Positions 10,069 through 19,791 of a stretch of 64,000 bases of DNA are shown here, in pieces. This DNA comes from Thermodesulfobacteriota bacterium (GTDB lineage: Bacteria; Desulfobacterota_D; UBA1144; Nemesobacterales; UBA2774): contig OZ244991.1 of the NCBI GenBank assembly GCA_965223335.1, positions 640,001 to 704,000 of the forward strand. The letters run 5' to 3'. The first letter of the stretch is position 1. The number at the start of each line of letters is the position of its first letter. The notes below the pieces were generated by a model. The model saw nothing but the letters and a program-made list of their open reading frames with translations. It ran no database searches and was not told the DNA's origin. A program made the position numbers and the translations under genes.

Positions 10069-11238
10069 TTAGTTTGCGACCTGCGAGATATATTGCTCGA
10101 TCATCATCCGATGCGTGTGTCTTTTCTGGACCAGATCCCTGCCGTTTTGACCGAATCTCCGGGCTTTGGCTCTGTCATCGAGCAACGTGATTATTGCCAT
10201 TGCAATATCCCCTGGGCTCTCGGGATCTACCAACAGGCCCGTCACACCATTTTCCACAGCCTCTACGGAACCCCCATGGTTCCCCGCAAGAATGGGTTTT
10301 CCCCTTGCACTGGCTTCGAGCAGTGCGTTGGGCAATCCCTCTACCTTGTTGTTCCAATACCGGTTGGGCATAACAAACAGGTCGCACATATCTACGAAGT
10401 CCACGGTCTTTGAGTGCGGAACCCCCCCTGTGAATACCACGTTGTCACCGACCCCAAGCTCATCCGCAAGTGTCTTAAAGCTCTCCAGGTATCTCCCGTC
10501 CCCGACAACTATATATTTAGTCTCAGGGTACTTATCGAGAATCATCGGCATTGACCTGATCACATTGTCCTGGCCCTTGCGGGGCAGTACCCTGGCAACG
10601 GTCAGGAGCAGAGGCTTATTGCCGATTATGCCATAAGTCTCTTTTAAACTCTCGATATTGGCTTGGTTGGGTTCGGTGGTGAGCAACTCGTCCTCCACAC
10701 CGTTATATATAACAGTGATTTTTTCGGACGGAACCCCGATACCTTCAAGCAACCCCTTAGTGTAGTTGCTGACCGCTATGATGCGGACTGCGTTGGCGTA
10801 GAGGCGACGAAGAGGCCAGCGCATCAGTTTTTTAGTAAATTTCTTGCCGTGAAAACAGGTTGTGATGCCCGAACCCGCCACGCGTACAACCGGCTTAAAC
10901 GAATAGCGGGGCACACACCCTCCTACCGCCTCTGCCTCTTCCGTAATAAAGAGGACCGTATCGGGTTTCTCCCTGGATAATGTTAAAAGCAGGTAAAACC
11001 ATCCCAATACAAATGCTACAAGAGGTAAATACTTTATCCAGCTGCTACCGAGCCCCGGTATCCTCACCACCCGTGCCCCCAACTGTCGATCAAACTCGCT
11101 GTCCTCGCCCGAGTACCCGGGTGCAAGCACTACTAGATCCATACCCGAGTCGGCAAATCCAATGGCAAGCTTATGACTGGTTGTGGCAAGCCCCCCAAGA
11201 AACGGCGGGTACTCATTTGTATAAATTAGCACTTTCAT
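10069..11238 (-). CDS. Glycosyltransferase family 4 (GT-B, PimB/MshA-like)
   Basis: YPPFLGG, ARVLPRKG and EGLPNALLEA (EX7E) motifs. Confidence 0.9.
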   Translation of the reverse strand: MKVLIYTNEYPPFLGGLATTSHKLAIGFADSGMDLVVLAPGYSGEDSEFDRQLGARVVRIPGLGSSWIKYLPLVAFVLGWFYLLLTLSREKPDTVLFITEEAEAVGGCVPRYSFKPVVRVAGSGITTCFHGKKFTKKLMRWPLRRLYANAVRIIAVSNYTKGLLEGIGVPSEKITVIYNGVEDELLTTEPNQANIESLKETYGIIGNKPLLLTVARVLPRKGQDNVIRSMPMILDKYPETKYIVVGDGRYLESFKTLADELGVGDNVVFTGGVPHSKTVDFVDMCDLFVMPNRYWNNKVEGLPNALLEASARGKPILAGNHGGSVEAVENGVTGLLVDPESPGDIAMAIITLLDDRAKARRFGQNGRDLVQKRHTHRMMIEQYISQVAN

Positions 11239-11364
11239 AGGGCATTAAATGATGCGATGTAAAGCATATTAATGTTGAATTCTACACTATAATACAATAT
11301 ATTTGACTAATATTTACATAGGGTTGCAAATACTAAAAAACGTAATAATATGTAGCTTATAACC

Positions 11365-11607
11365 ATGAACAACCTTGATACGATACTACTTCAATTAATG
11401 TGCACGGGGCTTGGGCAGGGCAACACCAATACAGAGAAACTTACCCAACTTGTGCTCAAGGACCACCCCGAGGAAGACCATAACCAGGTAAAAATCCAAG
11501 TAGTAGAAACTCTGAGGAATCTTGTGGATAGGGGTGAGATCCAGATTGTAACCATCAATTGGGAGCTCGGGGAAGAATTCCTCTACGTATGTTCGACGAC
11601 CCTCTAA
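11365..11607 (+). CDS. Small hypothetical protein (winged-helix-like pattern)
   Basis: 80-aa ORF in an otherwise empty region; VVETLRNLVDRGEIQ resembles a wHTH recognition helix/wing. Confidence 0.55.
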   Translation: MNNLDTILLQLMCTGLGQGNTNTEKLTQLVLKDHPEEDHNQVKIQVVETLRNLVDRGEIQIVTINWELGEEFLYVCSTTL

Positions 11608-11628
11608 ATCTTTTGCATCTGCATCATT

Positions 11629-11955
11629 ATGCCAACATTGGACTATATTCGATTACTAAAAATCATAACGGTTAAACGCGGCGAGAACGAAAACTACGAA
11701 GCCACCTACAGCATTGAGTACTCGGAGGATCTGGAGTTCAGCAGCTCAAGAAAAGGCACACTCACGCTAAGCATCTCGGAGCTTATGGACCTACCGTCAA
11801 TCGATAACGAGAACGGCTACAGGATTGCATCGAGCCTCCTCGACCAAACCTTGGTCAGAAAAAAGAGCAAGGACCGATCGGTTTGTATCTACCATGCCAA
11901 GGGGGAAACACTTGCGGATTGGATGCACGGCAATTGCACAATGCTCAGTCACTAA
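11629..11955 (+). CDS. Hypothetical protein
   Basis: 108-aa ORF 21 nt after the previous one; no recognised motif. Confidence 0.55.
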   Translation: MPTLDYIRLLKIITVKRGENENYEATYSIEYSEDLEFSSSRKGTLTLSISELMDLPSIDNENGYRIASSLLDQTLVRKKSKDRSVCIYHAKGETLADWMHGNCTMLSH

Positions 11956-12194
11956 AGAATTATTTCGTTAAATAATAGTCCATTGATCTGCTGTTTGCCG
12001 AAATTCAACAATAAAATTAATACACTTTACATATTGAGACCAATTGGGGTATAATTGGGTCATATTTTTCCGATGCTCTTAACAAATAGAATATATGGAA
12101 ATGGCTTTTCATAAAGGGCATCTAAACATCTGAATTAATTCCATACAGGGGTGGGTGAATAAATTGTCGGCTATCTGTAGGAGGTATATTAATA

Positions 12195-15107
12195 ATGTTA
12201 ATTCGTATCGCACTAATAATCTGTACGGTGATACTTCTTCCCTATCTAGCGTTTGCCAATAGTAAGTACACGGTAAAGCAGGGGGATAATCTTTACGATA
12301 TATCCAAGAAATACGATGTAACGGTTGATCAATTAAAACAGGCAAACAATCTTAAAAGCATTAAACTCGATATTGGTGACGTACTCACCATCCCGGCTTC
12401 AAAAACATCCTCTTCTACAAAAAAATACACAGTAATAAATGGAGACACTCTGGGTGGCATAGCGGTTAAGTTCGGCCTCTCTTCCTCACGAGTGATCAAA
12501 TCAGCAAACGGTTTAGAGAAAGACAATTTGAAAGTCGGCCAGGTCTTAATCATTCCCTCCACTAGCAATTCAACCACTGCCAAGAAAGCAACTGTCGAGA
12601 CCAAAAAAACCAACACAGCAAAGCCCGAGAGCAAAAAGCCCGCATTATTCGCTAAAACATCCAAGCCTAAAAAAACCAGTCCAACTAAATACACTGTAAA
12701 GAAAGGTGACACGCTGGGGGCCATAGCTGTTAAGCACGGTCTTTCATCATCGCGTGTGATCAAGGCTGCAAATGACCTCGAGGATAACAACCTACACATT
12801 GGACAGGTCATAACTATTCCGTCTCCAGAGCACAAAACCGTTTCTGCAGAATCCCTTAAAGAGCCGGCACTAAAAGTTGCAGCAAAGTCTACAACCCATA
12901 AGAAGCTCTCGGTAACTGTTATCAAAACCTCAACCCCAGAGAAAATTGAGCTCGCGACAAGACCGACGACACATATATATAAATCTCAAGTTGCTAAACC
13001 GGCTGTTGAGCAAAACCCCAAACAAAAGAGCAACGAACCCAAAAGCACTACAACACACACCGTAAAGAGCGGCGATACCCTGGGGGCCATAGCTGTACAT
13101 TATGGACTTGCCTCTTCAAAGGCAATAAAAACTGCCAACAAACTCGACAGCAACAATCTTAAAGTAGGCCAAGTTCTTGTTATACCTGTGCCCGGGAGTA
13201 AAACTGAATCTATAGAACCCAAAGTTGTTGCCTCAGAGGTTAAACCAAAGGCTGAAACCACCAAAACGGAAACAGCCAACAAAGCATCCGAGAGCACAAC
13301 AAAGAGCACTCTTAAATACACCGTTAAAAACGGCGATACGCTAGGCGGTATTGCAGTTAAACATGGACTATCCTCTTCCCGAGTGATTAAGGCTGCAAAT
13401 AAACTTGAGAGCGACAACGTAAGAGTCGGCCAAGTTCTTATAATCCCTAGCACAAATAATATTGCTAAGGTTAATGAGTCCAAGTTTGAGACCAAAAAGC
13501 CGGTTGAATCACCCGAAAAAACAAGCGCTACTACTAAATACAAGGTTAAAAAGGGCGACACTCTAGGCGCCATTGCAGTAAAACACGGACTGTCCTCATC
13601 CCGTGTGATTAAGGCTGCGAATGGACTAAAGGGCGATAACCTCACCGTAGGTCAAGTTCTTACAATCCCCTCCTCCAACAACGCAGTAATAAGCAGCAAG
13701 TCAACCGATACAAAAACACCTAATACTGTTGATTATAAGGTCAAAAAAGGCGACACACTCTTAGGTATCGCGATCAAGTTCAAAACAAAAGTCGCAGATA
13801 TTAAAGATAGAAACAACCTCAAAAACAGCAGCTTAAAACAGGATCAAAAACTAAAGATACCGACCTCGCTTACAGAGGCTGAAATAGCAAAAGCCACAGA
13901 ATCCAAAACCACCAAAGAGAAAAAAGAAACCGTCAACAAACAGGCTACTTATAAGGTGAAAAAGGGCGACACCGTAGGCCACATTGCTATAAAGCTCGGG
14001 GTCACTCAAAAGCAGCTTAAACAAGCCAACAACCTAAAGAACAACAACTTAAAGATCGGACAGGTGCTTAAAAACCCGAATGTAAAATCCGAGAACTCCA
14101 CAGTTACAAAATCCACAAGGACAGAGAATTACAAAGTTACCAAAGGGGACTCGCTAGGCAGTATTGCCAATAAATTCCGTGTATCTGTAAAGGAGATAAA
14201 AGCTGTAAACGGCATGAAGAGCAGCAGGCTGATCGCCGGAAAAACAATTAAAATCCCAGTTAACGATAAATTTGCCCAAACACAGAAAACCCCTAAATCT
14301 CACAAGGTAGCCAAAGGTGACACACTTGGTGCAATAGCCCAAAAATATGGTGTCACAGTAAAAGAGCTAAAGAAAGCTAACGGGCTTAAAGGCAATAATA
14401 TCCATGTAGGCAAAAAGCTTGTTATTCCAGGTAAATACCAAGAAGTTGCTAAAAAGGTTGCTAAAACCGAACCTGCTAAAAAGCAAAGCTCCAAACACAT
14501 TAGATATGTAGTAAAGAAAGGAGAGACACTGGGCACTATTGCCAGAGATTTTGGAGTAACCACAGACGAGATTAAAAATCTAAATGACCTAAAAGGCTCA
14601 TCAATCAGAGCAGGCGAAATCATAAAAATGCCTGTTGATGTTTCCTCAATACCCAATGACAATTACAACCCCCATAGCATTAGGCCTAACAAAGGCTTCA
14701 TTGCATCAAACGGCAACCAGCCACGCGAAGAAATTATCCTAGCCGCTAAAAGCTATCTGGGCACACCGTATAAATTCGGCGGCAACTCGCTTGTAAACGG
14801 TATCGACTGCTCTGGGTACGTAAAGAAAATATTCGGCCTTTTCAACATAAATCTGCCGAGGACAGCTCGCGATCTATACAACAAGGCCGGCTACTATGTA
14901 GACCGTCAGCAACTCGAAACCGGGGACCTTGTGTTCTTTACCACATACGCCAAGTACCCGTCCCATGTAGGCATATATATAGGGAACGACCAGTTTATAC
15001 ATGCGTCATCCGCATCCAAGAAGGTCACTATAACCAGCCTAAACAAAAAGTATTATCGCAGTAGGTACATAGGGGCTAAACGCATTAAACTCTCGGGCTA
15101 CTTCTAG
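12195..15107 (+). CDS. Secreted peptidoglycan endopeptidase, 11 LysM domains + C-terminal NlpC/P60
   Basis: AGGAGG RBS; signal peptide (AFA); eleven (Y/H)xVxxG(D/E)-type LysM units; YLGTPYKFGG, IDCSG, HVGIY and FIHAS motifs. Confidence 0.95.
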   Translation: MLIRIALIICTVILLPYLAFANSKYTVKQGDNLYDISKKYDVTVDQLKQANNLKSIKLDIGDVLTIPASKTSSSTKKYTVINGDTLGGIAVKFGLSSSRVIKSANGLEKDNLKVGQVLIIPSTSNSTTAKKATVETKKTNTAKPESKKPALFAKTSKPKKTSPTKYTVKKGDTLGAIAVKHGLSSSRVIKAANDLEDNNLHIGQVITIPSPEHKTVSAESLKEPALKVAAKSTTHKKLSVTVIKTSTPEKIELATRPTTHIYKSQVAKPAVEQNPKQKSNEPKSTTTHTVKSGDTLGAIAVHYGLASSKAIKTANKLDSNNLKVGQVLVIPVPGSKTESIEPKVVASEVKPKAETTKTETANKASESTTKSTLKYTVKNGDTLGGIAVKHGLSSSRVIKAANKLESDNVRVGQVLIIPSTNNIAKVNESKFETKKPVESPEKTSATTKYKVKKGDTLGAIAVKHGLSSSRVIKAANGLKGDNLTVGQVLTIPSSNNAVISSKSTDTKTPNTVDYKVKKGDTLLGIAIKFKTKVADIKDRNNLKNSSLKQDQKLKIPTSLTEAEIAKATESKTTKEKKETVNKQATYKVKKGDTVGHIAIKLGVTQKQLKQANNLKNNNLKIGQVLKNPNVKSENSTVTKSTRTENYKVTKGDSLGSIANKFRVSVKEIKAVNGMKSSRLIAGKTIKIPVNDKFAQTQKTPKSHKVAKGDTLGAIAQKYGVTVKELKKANGLKGNNIHVGKKLVIPGKYQEVAKKVAKTEPAKKQSSKHIRYVVKKGETLGTIARDFGVTTDEIKNLNDLKGSSIRAGEIIKMPVDVSSIPNDNYNPHSIRPNKGFIASNGNQPREEIILAAKSYLGTPYKFGGNSLVNGIDCSGYVKKIFGLFNINLPRTARDLYNKAGYYVDRQQLETGDLVFFTTYAKYPSHVGIYIGNDQFIHASSASKKVTITSLNKKYYRSRYIGAKRIKLSGYF

Positions 15108-15211
15108 GATCAAGCTCAATTTATCCAAACAGCTTGTACTTAGCTCCGTTGTAATCTCTTGCTCTTCCATTGAAATATAGCTACTGCTGTTTATATTATT
15201 GAAATATCAAT

Positions 15212-16090
15212 ATGAAAAACCATATAAACGGGTTTAAGGAATTCCTTTCTTCCGAAAGGAACTACTCTCCTCATACAATTAGAGCTTATCTAAAGGACGT
15301 AAGAGAGCTGCTCGCTACAGTCGGGAGGGACGAGAACAATCTAGACCCCTCGACTCTTACACAGAACGATATAAGGCAGTATATAGGAGAGCTCTACGGT
15401 AAAAACTCCAAGTCCACCATTTCAAGGAAACTTGCATCTATTAGGACTTTTTTCGAGTACTTAATAAGAGAGGGGGCTATAAATTACAACCCAGCCAAGC
15501 TGATCCCGTCGCCAAAAAAGGAAAAGAAGCTCCCTGTGTTTTTAACCGTGGACGAGGCATTTAAGCTCGTAGACACAAAGCACTCTAGCAAAGTACTTGA
15601 ACTTAGGGACATCGCTATATTGGAGCTACTATACTCGAGCGGACTCAGGGTAAGCGAGCTTGTGGGAATAGACATGGCGGAACTCAATATCAAAGACGAG
15701 ACTGTTAGGGTACTCGGCAAAGGGAGGAAAGCTCGAGTTATACCGCTCGGCAAGAAATCTATTGAAGCCCTCATGAATTATCTTGAGAAGAGGGAGCAAC
15801 TCAAACCCAATGGCGATCAATTGTTTCTAAATGCCAGGGGAGGGAGACTTTCAACGAGAAGTATTGATAGGATAGTGAAAAAATATGCGATACTCGCGGG
15901 CATACCCAAAAACCTAAGCCCTCATGTGCTGAGACATACCTTTGCCACGCACCTTTTGGGCGGCGGTGCGGACCTGCGCGCGATACAAGAGATGCTTGGA
16001 CACAAGAGCCTTTCCACAACACAGATTTATACACATACTTCGATTGAAAAAATTATGGAAATTTACGATAAAACACACCCGAGAGCGTAG
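15212..16090 (+). CDS. xerC: Tyrosine recombinase XerC
   Basis: [31 protein letters not shown] and [12 protein letters not shown] motifs; xerC-hslV-hslU context. Confidence 0.88.
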   Translation: MKNHINGFKEFLSSERNYSPHTIRAYLKDVRELLATVGRDENNLDPSTLTQNDIRQYIGELYGKNSKSTISRKLASIRTFFEYLIREGAINYNPAKLIPSPKKEKKLPVFLTVDEAFKLVDTKHSSKVLELRDIAILELLYSSGLRVSELVGIDMAELNIKDETVRVLGKGRKARVIPLGKKSIEALMNYLEKREQLKPNGDQLFLNARGGRLSTRSIDRIVKKYAILAGIPKNLSPHVLRHTFATHLLGGGADLRAIQEMLGHKSLSTTQIYTHTSIEKIMEIYDKTHPRA

Positions 16091-16092
16091 AT

Positions 16093-16638
16093 ATGGAACA
16101 ATTTCATGGCACTACTATAGTATGCGTAAAAAAAGACGGTCAGGTAGCAATGGGAGGCGACGGCCAGGTCACACTGGGCCACGCTGCGATTAAGCACTCC
16201 GCGACCAAGGTAAGAAAGATATTCAACGACAACGTGATGGTAGGATTTTCAGGCGCTACTGCCGACGCGATGACGCTTTTTGATAAGTTCGAAGCAAAAC
16301 TGGAGGAGTACCGCGGCAACCTGAAAAGAGCAGCGGTGGAGCTGGCCAGGGACTGGAGAACAGACAAGATTCTAAGGAGACTCGAGGCACTGCTCACGAT
16401 CGCAGACAAAGACAGCATGTTCCTAATTTCGGGGAGCGGGGATGTACTCGAACCCGACGATAACGTTATAGCTATTGGCTCAGGAGGCTCATACGCCCAG
16501 GCCGCAGCGCTCGCACTGGCTAAGCACTCATCGCTATCAGCCAAAGATACCGTCACTGAGGCACTCAAGATTGCATCTTCCATCTGCATATACACAAACG
16601 ACAATATTACGATTGAGGTCATAGAAAATAATGAGTAA
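16093..16638 (+). CDS. hslV: ATP-dependent protease subunit HslV
   Basis: HGTTIV (catalytic Thr), [20 protein letters not shown] and IGSGG motifs. Confidence 0.97.
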   Translation: MEQFHGTTIVCVKKDGQVAMGGDGQVTLGHAAIKHSATKVRKIFNDNVMVGFSGATADAMTLFDKFEAKLEEYRGNLKRAAVELARDWRTDKILRRLEALLTIADKDSMFLISGSGDVLEPDDNVIAIGSGGSYAQAAALALAKHSSLSAKDTVTEALKIASSICIYTNDNITIEVIENNE

Positions 16639-17962
16639 CGAAAAGTTTTTTACACCCAGAGAGATCGTATCCGAACTTGATAAATATATAATCGGGCAAA
16701 CCAATGCCAAAAGGGCAGTATCGATAGCGCTTAGGAACAGGTGGAGACGCCAGCGTGTGTCCCCCGAGTTGCGTGATGAGATTGCACCCAAAAACATACT
16801 GATGATAGGACCCACAGGTGTTGGGAAAACAGAGATTGCCAGGAGGCTTGCAAAGCTTGCACAGGCTCCTTTCCTTAAGGTCGAGGCCTCTAAATTCACC
16901 GAGGTCGGTTATGTCGGGCGGGACGTAGAGTCCATGATCAGGGATCTCACGGATGTGTCGATAAAACTATTGGCGGACGAGGAAAAAGAGGTGGTCCGCA
17001 CAAAGGCCGAGGACCTGGCCGAGGAAAGAATGCTCGATCTCCTTTTGCCGTCAAACAAGCCCGAGACCGACGACGCACCACCAGAATCAGACACGAGAGA
17101 AAAACTTAGAAAACTGCTGCGCGAAGGTAAACTAGACGAGAGATACGTCGACATAGAGGTTACTTCTAAGAACTTCCCTATACAGGTGTTTTCTCCCTCG
17201 GGGATGGAAGAGATGGACGTAAACATCTCGGATATGCTGGGCAATCTGTTCCCCAAGAAGTCCAAAAAGAGAAAGGTACAGGTGCCCGAGGCCCTAGAGC
17301 TCCTGACTCAGGAAGAGGCCAATAAGCTTATCGATATGGACAAAGTAGTAAAACTGGCGATCGAGAGGGTAGAGCAGTCCGGGATTATTTTTATAGACGA
17401 GATAGACAAGGTAGCGGGACGAGAGAGCACCGCCGGTCCCGATGTGTCTCGTGAGGGAGTGCAGCGCGACCTGCTCCCCATTATCGAGGGATGCACCGTT
17501 AACACCAAGCATGGGATGGTGCGAACCAACCACATACTGTTCGTAGGCGCTGGTGCGTTCCACGTCTCGAAGCCCTCTGACCTTATCCCCGAGCTACAGG
17601 GCCGCTTCCCTATAAGGGTAGAGCTTGATGCTCTAACCAAAAAGGATTTCGTAAGCATCCTCACACAGCCAAAGAACGCTCTTATCAAACAGTATACCGA
17701 GCTCCTTAAAACAGAGGATATTGATTTAGAGTTTAAGGACGACGCTATAGATGAGATTGCCGAGACCGCACACCAGGTAAACGAATCCACGGAAAACATA
17801 GGTGCCAGACGACTCCATACCATACTGGAAAAAATGCTTGACGATATATCGTTTAACGCCCCTGATATGAAACAGGAAAAGGTGCTCATAGATGCGGAGT
17901 ACGTGAAAGATAAGATCGCTGATATTGTTCGCGACAGAGACTTAAGCCGTTATATCCTCTAG
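16631..17962 (+). CDS. hslU: ATP-dependent protease ATPase HslU
   Basis: [35 protein letters not shown] and the C-terminal DLSRYIL. Confidence 0.97.
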   Translation: MSNEKFFTPREIVSELDKYIIGQTNAKRAVSIALRNRWRRQRVSPELRDEIAPKNILMIGPTGVGKTEIARRLAKLAQAPFLKVEASKFTEVGYVGRDVESMIRDLTDVSIKLLADEEKEVVRTKAEDLAEERMLDLLLPSNKPETDDAPPESDTREKLRKLLREGKLDERYVDIEVTSKNFPIQVFSPSGMEEMDVNISDMLGNLFPKKSKKRKVQVPEALELLTQEEANKLIDMDKVVKLAIERVEQSGIIFIDEIDKVAGRESTAGPDVSREGVQRDLLPIIEGCTVNTKHGMVRTNHILFVGAGAFHVSKPSDLIPELQGRFPIRVELDALTKKDFVSILTQPKNALIKQYTELLKTEDIDLEFKDDAIDEIAETAHQVNESTENIGARRLHTILEKMLDDISFNAPDMKQEKVLIDAEYVKDKIADIVRDRDLSRYIL

Positions 17963-17966
17963 TCAA

Positions 17967-18689
17967 TTACTTTGGGCTTTGCCAAATAGCCTTACCTATG
18001 AAAAAAGGTCCTAAACTTTCGAGATACATCGAGGTCTGCTTGGTCTTACGCATAGTTTGTATCAGTATGGATAGGGGATAGAGCTCCTTTCCCAACACCC
18101 CGATCACAAAATCGTTATCATTTTTATCAAGTCCGTGACACGCTAGCCTTATATCCTTTGCATAACCCGCCCTGCCGAACTTAAACCCCAGTTTGCCATG
18201 CTCCCCAAGCACTGCTCTCTGTTCGTCTTCCGAAAGCGCTTCAAACCCCTTGTTCCTGCGCAGCGGATACCATATTACCCATGGTAGTGCGTTATCGAGT
18301 ATTCGAGACCTCGGTTCTGTCACGAGCATTTTGTCTAAATCCGGCTCATAGCCGAATGAATAGGTACGTCCCAGCATAGTGAACTCGGGTTTATGGGTAA
18401 GCGAGCTCCATGGCGGGCTGTTTAATATCTGCCTTAACTCATCTACAAAAAAGTCTGGGTTCTCGTTTAAAAACACGATCCCCACACCCCAAGGGTCATT
18501 AATGTCCGCATAGAGAGCAGAATCTATACCCGAAGCTGTTAACGACTCTATGAGCGGTGCTGTATCCTCACAGCCTCCAAACGCCATAAACTGTATGAGC
18601 AGTCGCCGGTCGGATCTTAACTCCTCGCCGTCTTTAGCCCTCCCCCTCTCACTTAGGTCTAGCTCCGTATCTTCAATTGTAACCGACAT
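17967..18689 (-). CDS. Chlorite dismutase / coproheme decarboxylase (Cld/ChdC/HemQ) family heme protein
   Basis: WYPLRR, EHG (proximal His), GLDKNDNDF, MRKT and GPFF motifs typical of the family. Confidence 0.8.
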   Translation of the reverse strand: MSVTIEDTELDLSERGRAKDGEELRSDRRLLIQFMAFGGCEDTAPLIESLTASGIDSALYADINDPWGVGIVFLNENPDFFVDELRQILNSPPWSSLTHKPEFTMLGRTYSFGYEPDLDKMLVTEPRSRILDNALPWVIWYPLRRNKGFEALSEDEQRAVLGEHGKLGFKFGRAGYAKDIRLACHGLDKNDNDFVIGVLGKELYPLSILIQTMRKTKQTSMYLESLGPFFIGKAIWQSPK

Positions 18690-18909
18690 AGATCTGCCTC
18701 CTGGTTAAAGTCTAATATATTTCCGCCCGTAGCATGAATCGAATTTCTGATCGATAATCACCCCATATTTTATCACATAAAATATATCAAGGACTAAGAA
18801 CCGAGAATATTATCGAGTTCATTGTGCTCGGGCCATAAATATATCCTGTTGGCAGACCAGAGTATATGCTTTATAATTAACACCTTTATTTTGGGGATGT
18901 TAGAGAAAG

Positions 18910-19791
18910 ATGAAAAAGCTCATACAAAAAGCCAACACTCTTGTCGAGGCCCTGCCCTATATTAAAGAGTTCTACGGCAAAACAATTGTCGTTAAATACG
19001 GGGGTAGCATAGGTGACGGTGAGTTAACCGACTTTGCCAGAGACGTAGTGCTTATGAAATATGTGGGAATGCACCCTGTGGTTGTGCACGGCGGGGGGCC
19101 CCAGATAGGCAGTCATCTGAGCAAACTCGGCATAGAGTCGGAATTTATAGCTGGGCTCAGGGTCACTGACCAGGACACTATGGAAGTTGCCGAGATGGTA
19201 TTGGTAGGCAAGATCAACCAGAAGATCATCGAGGCCATACACGCAAACGGCGGGAGTGCTGTAGGCACTTCGGGTAAAGAGGGCAAGATGATCCTGGCCA
19301 AGAAACTGGACCTCAAGACACTGGCCGAAACAAACCACATAGAGATCCCCACAGATGCGGACCTGGGTATGGTGGGCGAGGTCGAGAGTGTAAACCCGAG
19401 GCTCATTAAAGTGCTTGAGGAGAGCGGTTATATTCCTGTAATTGCACCCATCGGGTGCGATGAGGAGGGCGGTACATACAACATTAACGCCGACCATGTA
19501 GCGGGTAAAATCGCCGGTGCACTGGGTGCCGCAAAACTGGTTCTCATGACTAACGTCCCCGGCATATTAGACCAAGACGATAATCTAGTATCCACACTGA
19601 GCGAGTCCGAGGCCGAGCAGTTGATCAAAGACGAAACCATCTCAAGCGGCATGATACCCAAAGTCATGTGTGCCGTGGACGCGCTTAATGAAGGGGTTAA
19701 GAAAGTACATATAATTGACGGGCGGGTCGACCACTCGCTTATACTCGAGATATTCACAGACTCGGGTGTTGGGACCGAGATAGTGCTATGA
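18910..19791 (+). CDS. argB: Acetylglutamate kinase
   Basis: VVKYGG, VHGGGPQI, GLRVTD, YNINAD and GMIPKV motifs. Confidence 0.97.
   Translation: MKKLIQKANTLVEALPYIKEFYGKTIVVKYGGSIGDGELTDFARDVVLMKYVGMHPVVVHGGGPQIGSHLSKLGIESEFIAGLRVTDQDTMEVAEMVLVGKINQKIIEAIHANGGSAVGTSGKEGKMILAKKLDLKTLAETNHIEIPTDADLGMVGEVESVNPRLIKVLEESGYIPVIAPIGCDEEGGTYNINADHVAGKIAGALGAAKLVLMTNVPGILDQDDNLVSTLSESEAEQLIKDETISSGMIPKVMCAVDALNEGVKKVHIIDGRVDHSLILEIFTDSGVGTEIVL

Noticed and set aside
15212..16090. Tyrosine recombinase as a phage or island integrase
   Set aside because: It has XerC size and motifs in the housekeeping xerC-hslVU context; no att repeats or mobile cargo.
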